Assembly (NCBI GenBank): GCA_963641885.1 | Contig: CAVIDY010000006.1 | Location: 5,574 to 69,573 of the forward strand | Direction of reading: 5' to 3' | DNA length: 64,000 nt | From: Bacteroidaceae bacterium | GTDB taxonomy: Bacteria > Pseudomonadota > Alphaproteobacteria > RF32 > CAG-239 | Shown: positions 30,902 to 40,576 of the stretch, piece by piece | How the letters are laid out: every line of letters starts with the position of its first letter | How positions within the stretch are numbered: position 1 is the stretch's first letter | Program-made: the position numbers and the translations under genes | Notes under the pieces: model-generated | What the model was told of the DNA's origin: nothing | The model's database searches: none | What the model saw: only the letters and a program-made list of their open reading frames with translations

Positions 30902-31798
30902 TTAAACAGCCTCATCAAGAGCTCTGCTTAGATACTCGGCATAAACTTCACGGCTGGCAAAATCGCTGAAAACCTGTGGATAGTCTTTTACCACGGCTCT
31001 AAACTGTTTTTCCATTTGCGCAATCAGACCAAAACAGTCTCTTTGCATCAAAAAGTCCAGTCCCAGTGGGTGCATGGCAAACACGCGGAAGTTATCAATT
31101 CTATTCGGACTAGCCACAGCATCAACCAAATACACCAGCATATCTTCTGCCGGAATTTTGGCTGCCCAGCGGCAAATTACAGCTTTGACCTTGGGAACGA
31201 CATTAGCCATGTCAAACTTATTCAGATAGTGAATAACATAGTTGCTTTGCCCGCGCTCAATCAAAGTGTCAATTTCGCCGCAATGCAAAAGCAAATCGTC
31301 CGAAAAGTTATTCTCGAGCTTGTCTTTTGGAAAAACACCGCGCCAAGAATCCGCCGTTAAAACCGTAGACTCTTTAACGAGTCTAAACACGTTTACTTCG
31401 CCAAATTGCTTCTCGCGAAGTTTTTGCCACCAGTCATAGACTAGACTCTTGGCAGCCTCTTCGTCCGCAGCCTCTGTATTGCCAGAAAGCTGAATAAACC
31501 AACGCAAAAGATGATTCCAGTCACGCACATCATCGGCAGTTTTAAGCCCCTGCGGAATAGCGTTGTGGCTGAAAATAAATCTTTCAACCGCAGCCGCGGT
31601 TTTTGAAGCGCTCTTCTGTTTCAGCATACGTTTATATATGCTAACCAACACCTGAAAAGACGAAACCGAAAGCTTTTGCTCCTGAGCGCAAAAACCTTCC
31701 AATACAGTCCATTTGCGGGTACTGCTTACAGACTTGAGAAAAGCCAAAGTTGTATCAGATTTCTGAGCATTTTTAGAAATTTTAAGACTCATATGCAT
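30902..31798 (-). CDS. Orphan helical protein, paralog A
   Basis: 298 aa. Clearly homologous to the neighbour 31942-32832 (SWRGVFP...LLHCGEI.TL.E.GQS..VI.YLN.FDMA). No family recognised. Confidence 0.7.
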   Translation of the reverse strand: MHMSLKISKNAQKSDTTLAFLKSVSSTRKWTVLEGFCAQEQKLSVSSFQVLVSIYKRMLKQKSASKTAAAVERFIFSHNAIPQGLKTADDVRDWNHLLRWFIQLSGNTEAADEEAAKSLVYDWWQKLREKQFGEVNVFRLVKESTVLTADSWRGVFPKDKLENNFSDDLLLHCGEIDTLIERGQSNYVIHYLNKFDMANVVPKVKAVICRWAAKIPAEDMLVYLVDAVASPNRIDNFRVFAMHPLGLDFLMQRDCFGLIAQMEKQFRAVVKDYPQVFSDFASREVYAEYLSRALDEAV

Positions 31799-31830
31799 AA
31801 AATTTAAATTAATAATAATGAATTATTCTG

Positions 31831-31859
31831 AATATAGTGTGTTTTGTACTTTTTGTCAA
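31831..31859 (-). promoter_or_regulatory. Sigma70-type promoter for paralog A
   Basis: The minus strand reads TTGACA-17 nt-TATATT, about 30 nt upstream of the ATG at 31798. Confidence 0.6.
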
Positions 31860-31874
31860 TTAAATTTTCACCCA

Positions 31875-31921
31875 CAAAAAAAGTAATCCGCCCAACAAAT
31901 CGGCTAGATTACTTTTTTTTT
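31875..31921. terminator. Bidirectional terminator separating the two paralogs
   Basis: A-run, then agtaatc..gcc / ggc..gattact stem, then T9. Confidence 0.6.
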
Positions 31922-31941
31922 ACATACAAAATTCAGATTCT

Positions 31942-32832
31942 TCAAACTAATGCACCACGCAGCATAGCAGCATAATGTTTTCGAGATTGATTTTTTTCAA
32001 ATTCATACGGATAGTTTTCTACAATCGCTATAAAGGAATTTTTCATTGCTGCAATCAGCTCAAAATAACCTTTACTTGCCAAACATTCCAATCCTTGTGG
32101 GTGGCTGGCAAAAATACGAAAGTTCTCAAGTTCGTTCTGCTTTTTTGCATTTTTCTTCAAAAAACGCAGCAATTCCTTTTGGGGAATACAGGCAGCCCAG
32201 CTGCAAACAATCACTCTAATCCGCTGGTCGACAATTCTTGCCATGTCAAAATTATTCAAATAAGAAATGACAAGTTCGCTTTGCCCTTGCTCAACCAAAG
32301 TTGTTATTTCTCCGCAATGCAAAAGCATCTCAAAATCACCATCTTGTGCCAACAGCTTTGCAGGAAAAACACCCCGCCAAGATTCTGCCGTGTCAATAGT
32401 TGTGTTTTTCGCTATGTCAAAAACATTTAACACAGATTTATAGCTATTTGCGGTAGCGCGCCACCAGTCATAAATAAATTTGTCTGAAAGCCTATTGTCT
32501 GTGGCAGTATCATCGCCTGATAGTGCCAAAAACCAAAGCAAAGCATTGTTCCACCCTCGTACGCCGCTGGCGTTGCTTATTCCACGCGGAATAATAAGAT
32601 GACTCCGAAAGAAATTTTCAACCCAGCAAGCAGATTCCGGCACACATTTTTGCTGCAGCATTTTTTTATACATACGCAGCAAAAGCTCTGCATCAGCTAA
32701 ATACATTTTCTGCGGCTTGGTGCAAAAATCTTTAAGTAGATTCCAATCATCTCTGCTTACTACAAACAACAGAAATTCCGCGGTAGTTTTCCGTTTTTCC
32801 TTAACTGAAATTTGTTTTATCATATTTTGCAA
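31942..32832 (-). CDS. Orphan helical protein, paralog B
   Basis: 296 aa, homologous to 30902-31798. Appears to have its own promoter-like TTGACT-17-TAATAG at 32866-32894 on the minus strand. Confidence 0.7.
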   Translation of the reverse strand: MQNMIKQISVKEKRKTTAEFLLFVVSRDDWNLLKDFCTKPQKMYLADAELLLRMYKKMLQQKCVPESACWVENFFRSHLIIPRGISNASGVRGWNNALLWFLALSGDDTATDNRLSDKFIYDWWRATANSYKSVLNVFDIAKNTTIDTAESWRGVFPAKLLAQDGDFEMLLHCGEITTLVEQGQSELVISYLNNFDMARIVDQRIRVIVCSWAACIPQKELLRFLKKNAKKQNELENFRIFASHPQGLECLASKGYFELIAAMKNSFIAIVENYPYEFEKNQSRKHYAAMLRGALV

Positions 32833-32921
32833 AATTATAACGTTAATAATAGATTTATGCTTGTTCTATTATCACATTCAAATGCTCAAGTCAACTTTAT
32901 ACTAAAAAACAAATTAGCTGT

Positions 32922-33236
32922 TTATTCGTCGTCCAAAATGATAAATTCATCATCGCCGATTACATTTAAAACCGCGCGGGCGCGCTCATCAAGCAAATCC
33001 AAATCCAAACTGGCAGATGAAAGCAAATCAACTTTCTGCTTCCAATCTTGGCGCTGTTTATCATAATTTTCATTAACTTTTTCAGCTTCGGCAACTTTAT
33101 CCATCAAATATATATAGCGGAAGAATCCACGGTCGCCTTTAATAGCAAAATAGGTAAAATATGAGAATAAAGCCATCAGCAACACAATAAAGCCAGAGCT
33201 TTTACATTTTGCGATGATATACGACCAAAATCCCAT
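32922..33236 (-). CDS. ftsB: Septum formation initiator (FtsB/DivIC family)
   Basis: 104 aa with an N-terminal TM, a coiled coil, and ...LDLDLLDERARAVLNVIGDDEFII. Confidence 0.7.
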   Translation of the reverse strand: MGFWSYIIAKCKSSGFIVLLMALFSYFTYFAIKGDRGFFRYIYLMDKVAEAEKVNENYDKQRQDWKQKVDLLSSASLDLDLLDERARAVLNVIGDDEFIILDDE

Positions 33237-33310
33237 TTTTTTACCTCTATATCTCTTTTCTTTTTATCATTAGAGCTTATCTTTATTAAAAAAAGGTTAG
33301 TTTCACCAAC

Positions 33311-34030
33311 TTAATAAAAATTTTCTGTATTCTTCAAAAAATTGCTGCTGCGGTTTTCTATTAAAGTTCCGTCCTTTAAATTAACCACCCTATCCATTTT
33401 ATTCGCCAAATCAATATTATGCGTAGCAATCAGGGCGGAAAGTCCTGTTTCTTTCACCACTTCCAAAAGCGTAAAAAACACATTGTCCGACGTATTCGGA
33501 TCCAAATTTCCGGTCGGTTCATCTGCCAAAAGCAATTTCGGAGTGTTTGCCAAAGCGCGGGCAATAGCGACTCGCTGCTGTTCGCCGCCGGAAAGCTCTG
33601 CCGGACGGTGATGCTCTCTTTCGCTCAGCCCCAAACGCTGCAGCAGCCACATAGCTTTCTCGCGCGCCTCTTTATATTTTGCTCCGGCAATAAGCTGCGG
33701 AATAATTACATTTTCAGCAGCATCAAAATCCGGCAGCAAATTATGATATTGATACACAAAACCCAAATAATCTCGACGCAAAGCCGTACGTACATTGTCT
33801 GAATTTCCGGTGCAGTTTTCGCCGTCTATATAAACTTCTCCGTCTGTAGGATTTTCGAGCAATCCGGCAATTTGCAGCATTGTCGATTTACCCGAACCAG
33901 ACGGACCGATAAGCGCCACCACTTCTTTAGGTTTAATATCCAAGTTCACATTTTTTAAAACTTCCAAAACTTCATTACCCTGTCGGAAAGTCTTGTTAAT
34001 ATTTTTTAAGCTCAAAGTAGTGTTATTCAT
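33311..34030 (-). CDS. lolD: Lipoprotein-releasing system ATP-binding protein
   Basis: 239 aa. GPSGSGKST and LSGGEQQRVAIARAL. Overlaps the lolC/E-like permease by 8 nt. Confidence 0.85.
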   Translation of the reverse strand: MNNTTLSLKNINKTFRQGNEVLEVLKNVNLDIKPKEVVALIGPSGSGKSTMLQIAGLLENPTDGEVYIDGENCTGNSDNVRTALRRDYLGFVYQYHNLLPDFDAAENVIIPQLIAGAKYKEAREKAMWLLQRLGLSEREHHRPAELSGGEQQRVAIARALANTPKLLLADEPTGNLDPNTSDNVFFTLLEVVKETGLSALIATHNIDLANKMDRVVNLKDGTLIENRSSNFLKNTENFY

Positions 34031-35267
34031 AGCGCAAAGCCTCCGAAGGGTCTAATTTTGCAGCGCGGTAAGCTGGATACAAAGTTGCTAAAAACGATAA
34101 AACCAAAGTCAATACCACCACCAGACTGACTTCCATTGAGTCAACTTTCGCCGGCAGTTTTGATAAAAAGTAAATTTCTGCCGAAAACAAATCCCGCCCC
34201 ATCATATTTTGTAAAAACTGCCTGATATTTTCGATATTGTCGCAAAACAGCAATCCCAACGCCACGCCGATAGCCGTTCCCACAAAGCCGATAAAAGCTC
34301 CGTCTAAAAAGAAAATACGCATAATCATTCCGCGGGTTGCCCCCATGGTTCTAAGCACTGCCACATCTCGGCTTTTATCTTTTACCAGCATAATCAAGCC
34401 TGTAATAATATTAAACGCCGCCACCAAAATAATCAGCGTCAGAATCAAAAACATTACATTGCGTTCCACGTCTATGGCATTAAAAAAGGCTGAATTTGTC
34501 TGTTTCCAGTCATAAACATAAGCATCTAAGCTAACACTTTTTTCAATCAAAGCACGCAGTTTCGGCAACTGTTTTTCATCTTGCAGGCTGACATCAATCA
34601 CCGTCGCCGAATCTTTTAAGCCAAAATATTTCTGCGCAGCTTCCAAAGGCATAAAAACATAGTTGGAGTCATATTCATACATTCCCATATTGAAAGTTCC
34701 AATAACTTGATATGACTTAATTCTTGGTACTGAACCAAACGCCGTAACTTTGCCGTTTGGCGAAATCAATGTAATTTCATCTCCCACAAACACGCCTAGC
34801 TTTTGCGCCAGCTTTTCGCCCAAAACCACAACATCGCCTTCAAAGCCTTCTATATCCATAGAGGCAAATCCATCGCGCATAACTTTTTTCTTGAGAATAT
34901 CCGTTTTTTCAATACCGCGAACCATGGCGCCTTCTGCTCCGCGCGCAGACGACACCAGCAGCTGTTTTTCAATCATCGGCAAGGCGGATTCAATGCCATC
35001 AATACTTTCCAGTGTGCTCACGGCTTGCTTGTAATTATTAAACGGAAAACCTGCTGACGCCACAATGGCTATATGCCCGTTAATTCCCAAAATACGATTA
35101 AGCAGTTCGGCTTTAAAGCCATTCATGACAGACATCACAATAATCAGCGTAGCCACGCCCAGCGCAATTCCCGTAAAGGCAAAACCAGTAATAACCGAAA
35201 TAAACCCTTCTTTTCGTTTAGCCCGCAAATAGCGCCAAGCTGCCAGCCGTTCAAACTTTGAAAACAA
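34023..35267 (-). CDS. Lipoprotein-releasing system permease (LolC/LolE family)
   Basis: 414 aa with FtsX/MacB-type topology, a periplasmic domain and a C-terminal ...LYPAYRAAKLDPSEALRYE. Confidence 0.85.
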   Translation of the reverse strand: MFSKFERLAAWRYLRAKRKEGFISVITGFAFTGIALGVATLIIVMSVMNGFKAELLNRILGINGHIAIVASAGFPFNNYKQAVSTLESIDGIESALPMIEKQLLVSSARGAEGAMVRGIEKTDILKKKVMRDGFASMDIEGFEGDVVVLGEKLAQKLGVFVGDEITLISPNGKVTAFGSVPRIKSYQVIGTFNMGMYEYDSNYVFMPLEAAQKYFGLKDSATVIDVSLQDEKQLPKLRALIEKSVSLDAYVYDWKQTNSAFFNAIDVERNVMFLILTLIILVAAFNIITGLIMLVKDKSRDVAVLRTMGATRGMIMRIFFLDGAFIGFVGTAIGVALGLLFCDNIENIRQFLQNMMGRDLFSAEIYFLSKLPAKVDSMEVSLVVVLTLVLSFLATLYPAYRAAKLDPSEALRYE

Positions 35268-35357
35268 TGCATTTCTCCCATATTTTTGTTGAATGTAGCT
35301 AAAAGCGGTAAATTTTGCAAGTTTTTCAAACGGATATGCACAAGGTTATTTTTATAT

Positions 35358-36353
35358 TCACATACCGATTTTTTGATTTAGCTTTAAAATGTCGACAATA
35401 GAAAAAACTGTATAGAATTGTTCAAAAACACGGTCGACTTTCTTTTTGTTGACATTGCTTCTGAAAAACGAACAAGCCTCAAACATATCTTGCTTGGTCG
35501 GGATTGCCAACAGCAACTGGTTATTCTCAAAACTGAATTGTATAGATTTACCGCCGTACAATTCGCTTAATTTCAGCATACGCTCCATAAACGCCGTCGT
35601 TAGCAGATAGCGCGCTTCTATTTGGTCGGAAGAATAAACTTCAAACAAATCTTCAAACCTCATATCTTCCAATTTTACCCGCTGCAAACCGGATATACGC
35701 TTGAACACATTGAATATTCCTTTGTCTTTCAAAACAACAGTGCGTCCCTTAAAATTTTTGTTCATTGTCAATAAAACGCATATCCCTTGAAACACCGTTT
35801 TTTTCTTGGTCTCACGGTGTCCCAAACGGCTGCCGTTTGAACTGATATCCATAACTTCATATGAGGTTTGATTTTGCAAAGTTTCTTCAGAAATCGTAAT
35901 GCCGACGTTTTTATAGGTGCCGAAAAAAAAGTCGTCGCCTTTATGTAAATTATAACTATCGAACAGTTCAGATTTTTTCAAAAGTGCGTCCGGCAGATAG
36001 CGCTCGTTTTCATAGCTGAAACTGCCGAAAAAATTTGCAAAATCAGCCATAATAGTTTTTTTAGCTTTCTTTTTATAAAAATAAATCGGTCCGCGCAAAA
36101 CCATAATTACCCCGCCGGACAGCACCAGCACCATACCAATATCCGGCAAATTATCATTAGATAATGTAATCAGCGTCAACAGCACCAACGGATAAAAAAT
36201 CACCGCCATTATCAACAGAACAATAAACATTCCAAAATAACGGCTGCGGATTTTATCGTTTTCTTGCAGCTTAGGCTGCAAAATCCGCGCATAATAATCA
36301 TCAAATTTTGCTTTAAGTTCTTTGAAATTTTTATCAGCCGTCAAATCAATCAT
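35358..36353 (-). CDS. DUF3137-like membrane protein
   Basis: 331 aa. A TM hairpin is followed by ...VVLKDKG...VKLEDMRFEDLFEVYSSDQIEARYLLTTAFMERML, which I recognise as DUF3137-like. Last gene of the LemA operon. Confidence 0.55.
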   Translation of the reverse strand: MIDLTADKNFKELKAKFDDYYARILQPKLQENDKIRSRYFGMFIVLLIMAVIFYPLVLLTLITLSNDNLPDIGMVLVLSGGVIMVLRGPIYFYKKKAKKTIMADFANFFGSFSYENERYLPDALLKKSELFDSYNLHKGDDFFFGTYKNVGITISEETLQNQTSYEVMDISSNGSRLGHRETKKKTVFQGICVLLTMNKNFKGRTVVLKDKGIFNVFKRISGLQRVKLEDMRFEDLFEVYSSDQIEARYLLTTAFMERMLKLSELYGGKSIQFSFENNQLLLAIPTKQDMFEACSFFRSNVNKKKVDRVFEQFYTVFSIVDILKLNQKIGM

Positions 36354-37272
36354 GCGCCGCAGCCATTTCCGCCAAAGTTTCTAAAATGCAGATAATATTA
36401 AATGCTTTTTCCAGCTGCTTATCAACTTGTTCAAATTGCTTTTCTGTTCCTGCTGAATGCCAAACACTGCTTTTCTGATATGCTAACTCACCGTTTTGCA
36501 AAAATATATCAAGCTTGCTGCCGTCCAGCTGGAAATATAGCTTAGACGCATGAAACGCCTCGCGCAAATCCAGCAAATTTTCGAACAGCGCCGCACAGAC
36601 TACATAATTTTTGACGCTGTTGCTTTCGGTGAAAGTTAAAAAGTAATTTGAAATCGGCACGGAACACGCCGTTTTTTCTAAATCATTATATTTTTTCTGC
36701 TTAAAAAAGCCGCCTTTTTCAAACAAATTAAGTTTGCCTTTTATTGACTGTGAAAGCTGGCAGCTCAGCAATATCCCCGCTCCTGTTTTGTTTTTTTTCT
36801 TATCATCGGCGCTATACAGAACAATGCTTTGCAAAACAAACTTTTTGTTTTCATCTGCAACCGCAAAATTTTGCAAAGTTTCATTGTGCGGCGGTAAAAA
36901 ATCTCCGCTCAAAACAACCGGTTGCTCATATTGAGTCTGCCAGTTGCCGTAATATTTGAAAAAATCATCTAAAATATGGAAATTATGTTCTTTAACAAGG
37001 TGTTTAGTATAAAAAAACAAGAACAAAATTGACGCAACAGCGACCAAGCTTAATTGCTCCCACGAAAGCGACTTGCCGTTAACTAAGTGATGAAACAACA
37101 CAATCAAAACATTTGCACAATTTGCAAAAAACAAAATACCGAAATAAAGCCAAATTTTGCTTTTAACTTTTTGCCGATATTTATTTTCATTTTCCAGCAA
37201 AGGCGTAATGTTTTGCGTTAAAAAATCCTGCAACTCATCTTGCTGTTCAATATTTTCCGCCATTTCTACCAT
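36346..37272 (-). CDS. Membrane protein with the same architecture as the DUF3137-like neighbour
   Basis: 308 aa with an N-terminal cytoplasmic segment, a TM hairpin and a ~200-aa C-terminal domain. Overlaps the downstream gene by 8 nt. Confidence 0.5.
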   Translation of the reverse strand: MVEMAENIEQQDELQDFLTQNITPLLENENKYRQKVKSKIWLYFGILFFANCANVLIVLFHHLVNGKSLSWEQLSLVAVASILFLFFYTKHLVKEHNFHILDDFFKYYGNWQTQYEQPVVLSGDFLPPHNETLQNFAVADENKKFVLQSIVLYSADDKKKNKTGAGILLSCQLSQSIKGKLNLFEKGGFFKQKKYNDLEKTACSVPISNYFLTFTESNSVKNYVVCAALFENLLDLREAFHASKLYFQLDGSKLDIFLQNGELAYQKSSVWHSAGTEKQFEQVDKQLEKAFNIICILETLAEMAAAHD

Positions 37273-37283
37273 TATAGTCCACC

Positions 37284-37865
37284 CTATTTAAAATAATTGC
37301 TGCTGTTTATCGGCTGTTTTTCTATTTCGCTTATTTCAAAAAATGGCGTATCGGCATAGTTAACGCCCACCAGCTTAGCCACCAAATTGCCTGGGAAAAT
37401 TTCAACGGCGTTTTTCAAACTGTTAACATTGGAGTTATAAAAACGGCGGGCAGCCGAAATATGCTCTTCCACTTCATTCATACTTTGCATTGCAGCAATC
37501 ATCGTCTGATTAGATTTCAAGTCTGGATAATTTTCCAAAGATACTTTAAAGTCATTTAGTTTTTGATTGAGCAGACTTTCCAACTCCATTTTTTCTTTCG
37601 GCGAACCGACAAAGGTATTGGACATAGCCTTAGTGCGAAGTTCGGTAAGTTCGGTCATCAAAGATTTTTCATGCTCCATAAACTTCGCCGCCATCTGCAG
37701 CATATTCGGAATCAAATCATAGCGTTTTTTTAATTGCACATCAATATCCGCCGCCGATTCTCTAACTTTGTTGCGGACCATTATCAACCGTACATATTGC
37801 GCATAAAACAACACAATAACCACAACACCGCCAATTACCCACGGTTCAGACCAATTTATTTCCAT
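37284..37865 (-). CDS. lemA: LemA family protein
   Basis: 193 aa with an N-terminal TM. ...QLKKRYDLIPNMLQMAAKFMEHEKSL...ARRFYNSNVNSLKNAVEIFPGNLVA is classic LemA. Confidence 0.85.
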   Translation of the reverse strand: MEINWSEPWVIGGVVVIVLFYAQYVRLIMVRNKVRESAADIDVQLKKRYDLIPNMLQMAAKFMEHEKSLMTELTELRTKAMSNTFVGSPKEKMELESLLNQKLNDFKVSLENYPDLKSNQTMIAAMQSMNEVEEHISAARRFYNSNVNSLKNAVEIFPGNLVAKLVGVNYADTPFFEISEIEKQPINSSNYFK

Positions 37866-37942
37866 AACAATCTCCTGTTTATATTTTTTATCATTTTAAC
37901 GCGCTAATCTTAAAAATTTCCTAAAAATCATTTTGTTAACCC

Positions 37943-37971
37943 TTGATAATACGCTTGCCTTGTGATATGAT
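37943..37971 (+). promoter_or_regulatory. Sigma70-type promoter
   Basis: TTGATA-17 nt-TATGAT, about 20 nt upstream of the start at 37991. Confidence 0.55.
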
Positions 37972-37990
37972 AATTTTAAGGAGTTAAGCT

Positions 37991-38527
37991 ATGGATTTTT
38001 CTAAAAATACAGTTTCACCGCATCGAGTACACAAGCTCTTAGATAAATTAAGCGCTCTGAACAAAGAGCACAGCGCAAAATTTCACCCTGCCGCATCAAA
38101 AGAAAAAAACATTGAACAGCCGCAACTGGTTAAAATAAAAAAATTGCCTAAGCTGTCTGCTGCCGAAATGATTGCCCGCCTGAGAATGGGCAAGCCTATA
38201 ACCGAACAGCCGCACAAAAAAGCTCTCTTCCACCGCAAAAACATCAATCAGCAGGAAAACCGCACAACCACATCAAACCGCGACGTTGCCTTAAATCAAA
38301 TTATGCATAGTCTTTCCAACACTCGCCGTAAAATGATAGAAAACATCATCAATCACGACAGCAGCAACGATTCTGTTGCAGACAAAATAAAAAACAAGCG
38401 TTTAATCGACGAGCTGACTGGCAGAGATTTGGAACGTCCGAGTCTCACGTTGGAACGAGACCGTGAGCGCGAACATGAACGAACACAATCTCATATCCGC
38501 GTTAGACAGCGCCAGCACACTAGATAG
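37991..38527 (+). CDS. Hypothetical basic protein
   Basis: 178 aa, Lys/Arg/His-rich, with C-terminus ...ERDREREHERTQSHIRVRQRQHTR. No family recognised. Confidence 0.5.
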   Translation: MDFSKNTVSPHRVHKLLDKLSALNKEHSAKFHPAASKEKNIEQPQLVKIKKLPKLSAAEMIARLRMGKPITEQPHKKALFHRKNINQQENRTTTSNRDVALNQIMHSLSNTRRKMIENIINHDSSNDSVADKIKNKRLIDELTGRDLERPSLTLERDREREHERTQSHIRVRQRQHTR

Positions 38528-38593
38528 CACAAAATCGCTTGACAAATTATATATTTTTGACTAAAGCTGAATTTAGTCAAAAATTTTTTAAAT

Positions 38594-39088
38594 ATGGATT
38601 ATATACTTAATTTAATTACCTCCGGTAATGTTGACGAACTCTCTAAAAAAGTGTTCAATCAGCATCTGTCTCCCCAAAGTGTCTCGGGCTATACGCAATG
38701 TCTTAATACTGAAGAAGAAGTTGCGCTTATGCACAAGCTTTTAGAACCAGACAGCAAAAAATGGCTTAATTTTGCCAGCAAATATATTGAACACTACCCT
38801 TTATCCGGCAGCGCTGTCATCAACATGGCAGAACATATTGACAAACAGTCCGTCCGCGCTTTGCTTGAAAACAACCTGAAAAAGTATGGCGCCGGCGAGC
38901 CTGAATGTTTGGCAATTTGCAAGCAGATACGCTCAAAAGACAAACTAGATGCCGAATTTTTAGCGGTGTTTTGCGACAGCGCCCGTCAAAATTATGACCG
39001 CGTGGTTTATGAACTTGCCCTGATAGGTGAAAAATGGTGGCAGCGCTATGTCAACGCCGTAAAAGCTTATCAGCTGCAATGCCGTTAG
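38594..39088 (+). CDS. Hypothetical protein
   Basis: 164-aa ORF followed by a strong terminator. No family recognised. Confidence 0.5.
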   Translation: MDYILNLITSGNVDELSKKVFNQHLSPQSVSGYTQCLNTEEEVALMHKLLEPDSKKWLNFASKYIEHYPLSGSAVINMAEHIDKQSVRALLENNLKKYGAGEPECLAICKQIRSKDKLDAEFLAVFCDSARQNYDRVVYELALIGEKWWQRYVNAVKAYQLQCR

Positions 39089-39113
39089 CCTTAATCAGGC
39101 TTTCTGCGTTAAA

Positions 39114-39146
39114 AACTTCTATTCATCTGTGAATAGAAGTTTTTTT
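39114..39146 (+). terminator. Rho-independent terminator
   Basis: aacttctattca / tgaatagaagtt 12-bp stem with a 4-nt loop, then a T-run. Confidence 0.8.
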
Positions 39147-39238
39147 GTTACAAAATTATGAACTTTTAAGGTATTTTTAAAAAAACATTTGAGCTTTTTT
39201 CAAATATATATAATACTCTGTATATATTGGAGGGATAA

Positions 39239-39679
39239 ATGCGTAATTTATACAATGCCATACATTTAACAAAAGAGCAGAAAATTGCTTATATACGAGT
39301 GCTGTCCTATTTAGCCAAAGTTGACCGCAATCCGGCTTATATTGAAAAAGATTTTATCAGTAAACTTATTGATCGTATGAATTTATCTATAGAAGTTCTG
39401 AAACAAATCTATATTCCGCGCAATACCGAAGAATTATACCGTGCGCTTATGCCTATTTGCACTAGAGCCATCGCTATTGATTTGCTGCATTGCCTATGGT
39501 TTGCCGCCTCGGTTAATACAATTATTTCCGATGAAGAAATTATGATTATCCGCAAAATCGCTCAAATTTTACGCATTGACAGCGACACGCTGCTTAATAT
39601 TCACCATTTTGTCACCGATGAAATTATGTTTTTGCAGCATGCACGAGAAGTTTTGGAAGCCTACGATATTCGCTGTTAA
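39239..39679 (+). CDS. TerB-like (tellurite-resistance TerB fold) protein
   Basis: 146 aa. IAYIRVLSYLAKVDRNPAYIEKDFISKLIDRMNL and ISDEEIMIIRKIAQILRID resemble the paired TerB helices. SD ggaggg is present. Confidence 0.4.
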   Translation: MRNLYNAIHLTKEQKIAYIRVLSYLAKVDRNPAYIEKDFISKLIDRMNLSIEVLKQIYIPRNTEELYRALMPICTRAIAIDLLHCLWFAASVNTIISDEEIMIIRKIAQILRIDSDTLLNIHHFVTDEIMFLQHAREVLEAYDIRC

Positions 39680-39742
39680 TTCACTATAAATTAAGCTAAC
39701 AAAAAAGGCTCTGCTCCCAAAAGAACAGAACCTTTCATTTTT

Positions 39743-40576
39743 TTACTTGTTTGAAACCGGAATGCTTATCATCGGCACGCTTCCGCCAAACATATACTGT
39801 GGAAGTTTACCATCCCATTGCTGCACGGCTTCATACTCGGTCAAACCTTTGTTTTTAGCCAAAGCAGCGGCTTTAATTTCCATAGCCTCTGCTTCAGCCT
39901 TGGCAGTTATAACCTGCTGATTAGCCTCTTCGGTAACACGGCGCGTGTTGTTAACTGCCTCTTGAGCTTTTTGCTCAGCGATAACCTTGTCTTCAATTGC
40001 CCCTTCGAACTTGTCAGAATAGTCAATGTCTATCAGTTGAAACGAAATGTTTTGGAAATAATTTCTTCCCAAATTTTCGTTTAACTTTTTGATAATTTCC
40101 AAACGAGCTTTGTCTCGATTGCTAACCAAATCTTGAGCTTGCCACTTACCGATAACGTCTTTAATCACGTCAGCCAGCACCGGAATAATTTTTTTCGCCT
40201 CATAGTCCATACCAGTGGTCTCATAAAGCTGATAAACATTATTCGGATTCAGATTATACGTAAACGTATATTTCAGACTCGCGGTCTGAACATCTGACGT
40301 GTAAGTAGACACAGAGTCGGTCATTTTTTGAGTACGCACGTCAATCGGAATCATCTTTGCCACAAAAGGAGCTTTAAAGCCAATTCCGTTAACATAACTC
40401 TGCGGCTCAACCTTGCCGAACATCACTTGAACACCGCGGTAGCCCGGATCTATCACATAAACCGAACTCCAAGCAAGAACCATTACAAACACGGCAACGA
40501 CGCAGATGATTGACCAGGTTGACCACTTTAACCAGCTTTTATTGCCGTTACTACTGTTTCCAAAATAATTACTCAT
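39743..40576 (-). CDS. Prohibitin-type SPFH/band-7 protein
   Basis: 277 aa with an N-terminal TM. VIDPGYRGVQVMFGKV..., and a C-terminal coiled coil AEQKAQEAVNNTRRVTEEANQ. Confidence 0.8.
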   Translation of the reverse strand: MSNYFGNSSNGNKSWLKWSTWSIICVVAVFVMVLAWSSVYVIDPGYRGVQVMFGKVEPQSYVNGIGFKAPFVAKMIPIDVRTQKMTDSVSTYTSDVQTASLKYTFTYNLNPNNVYQLYETTGMDYEAKKIIPVLADVIKDVIGKWQAQDLVSNRDKARLEIIKKLNENLGRNYFQNISFQLIDIDYSDKFEGAIEDKVIAEQKAQEAVNNTRRVTEEANQQVITAKAEAEAMEIKAAALAKNKGLTEYEAVQQWDGKLPQYMFGGSVPMISIPVSNK

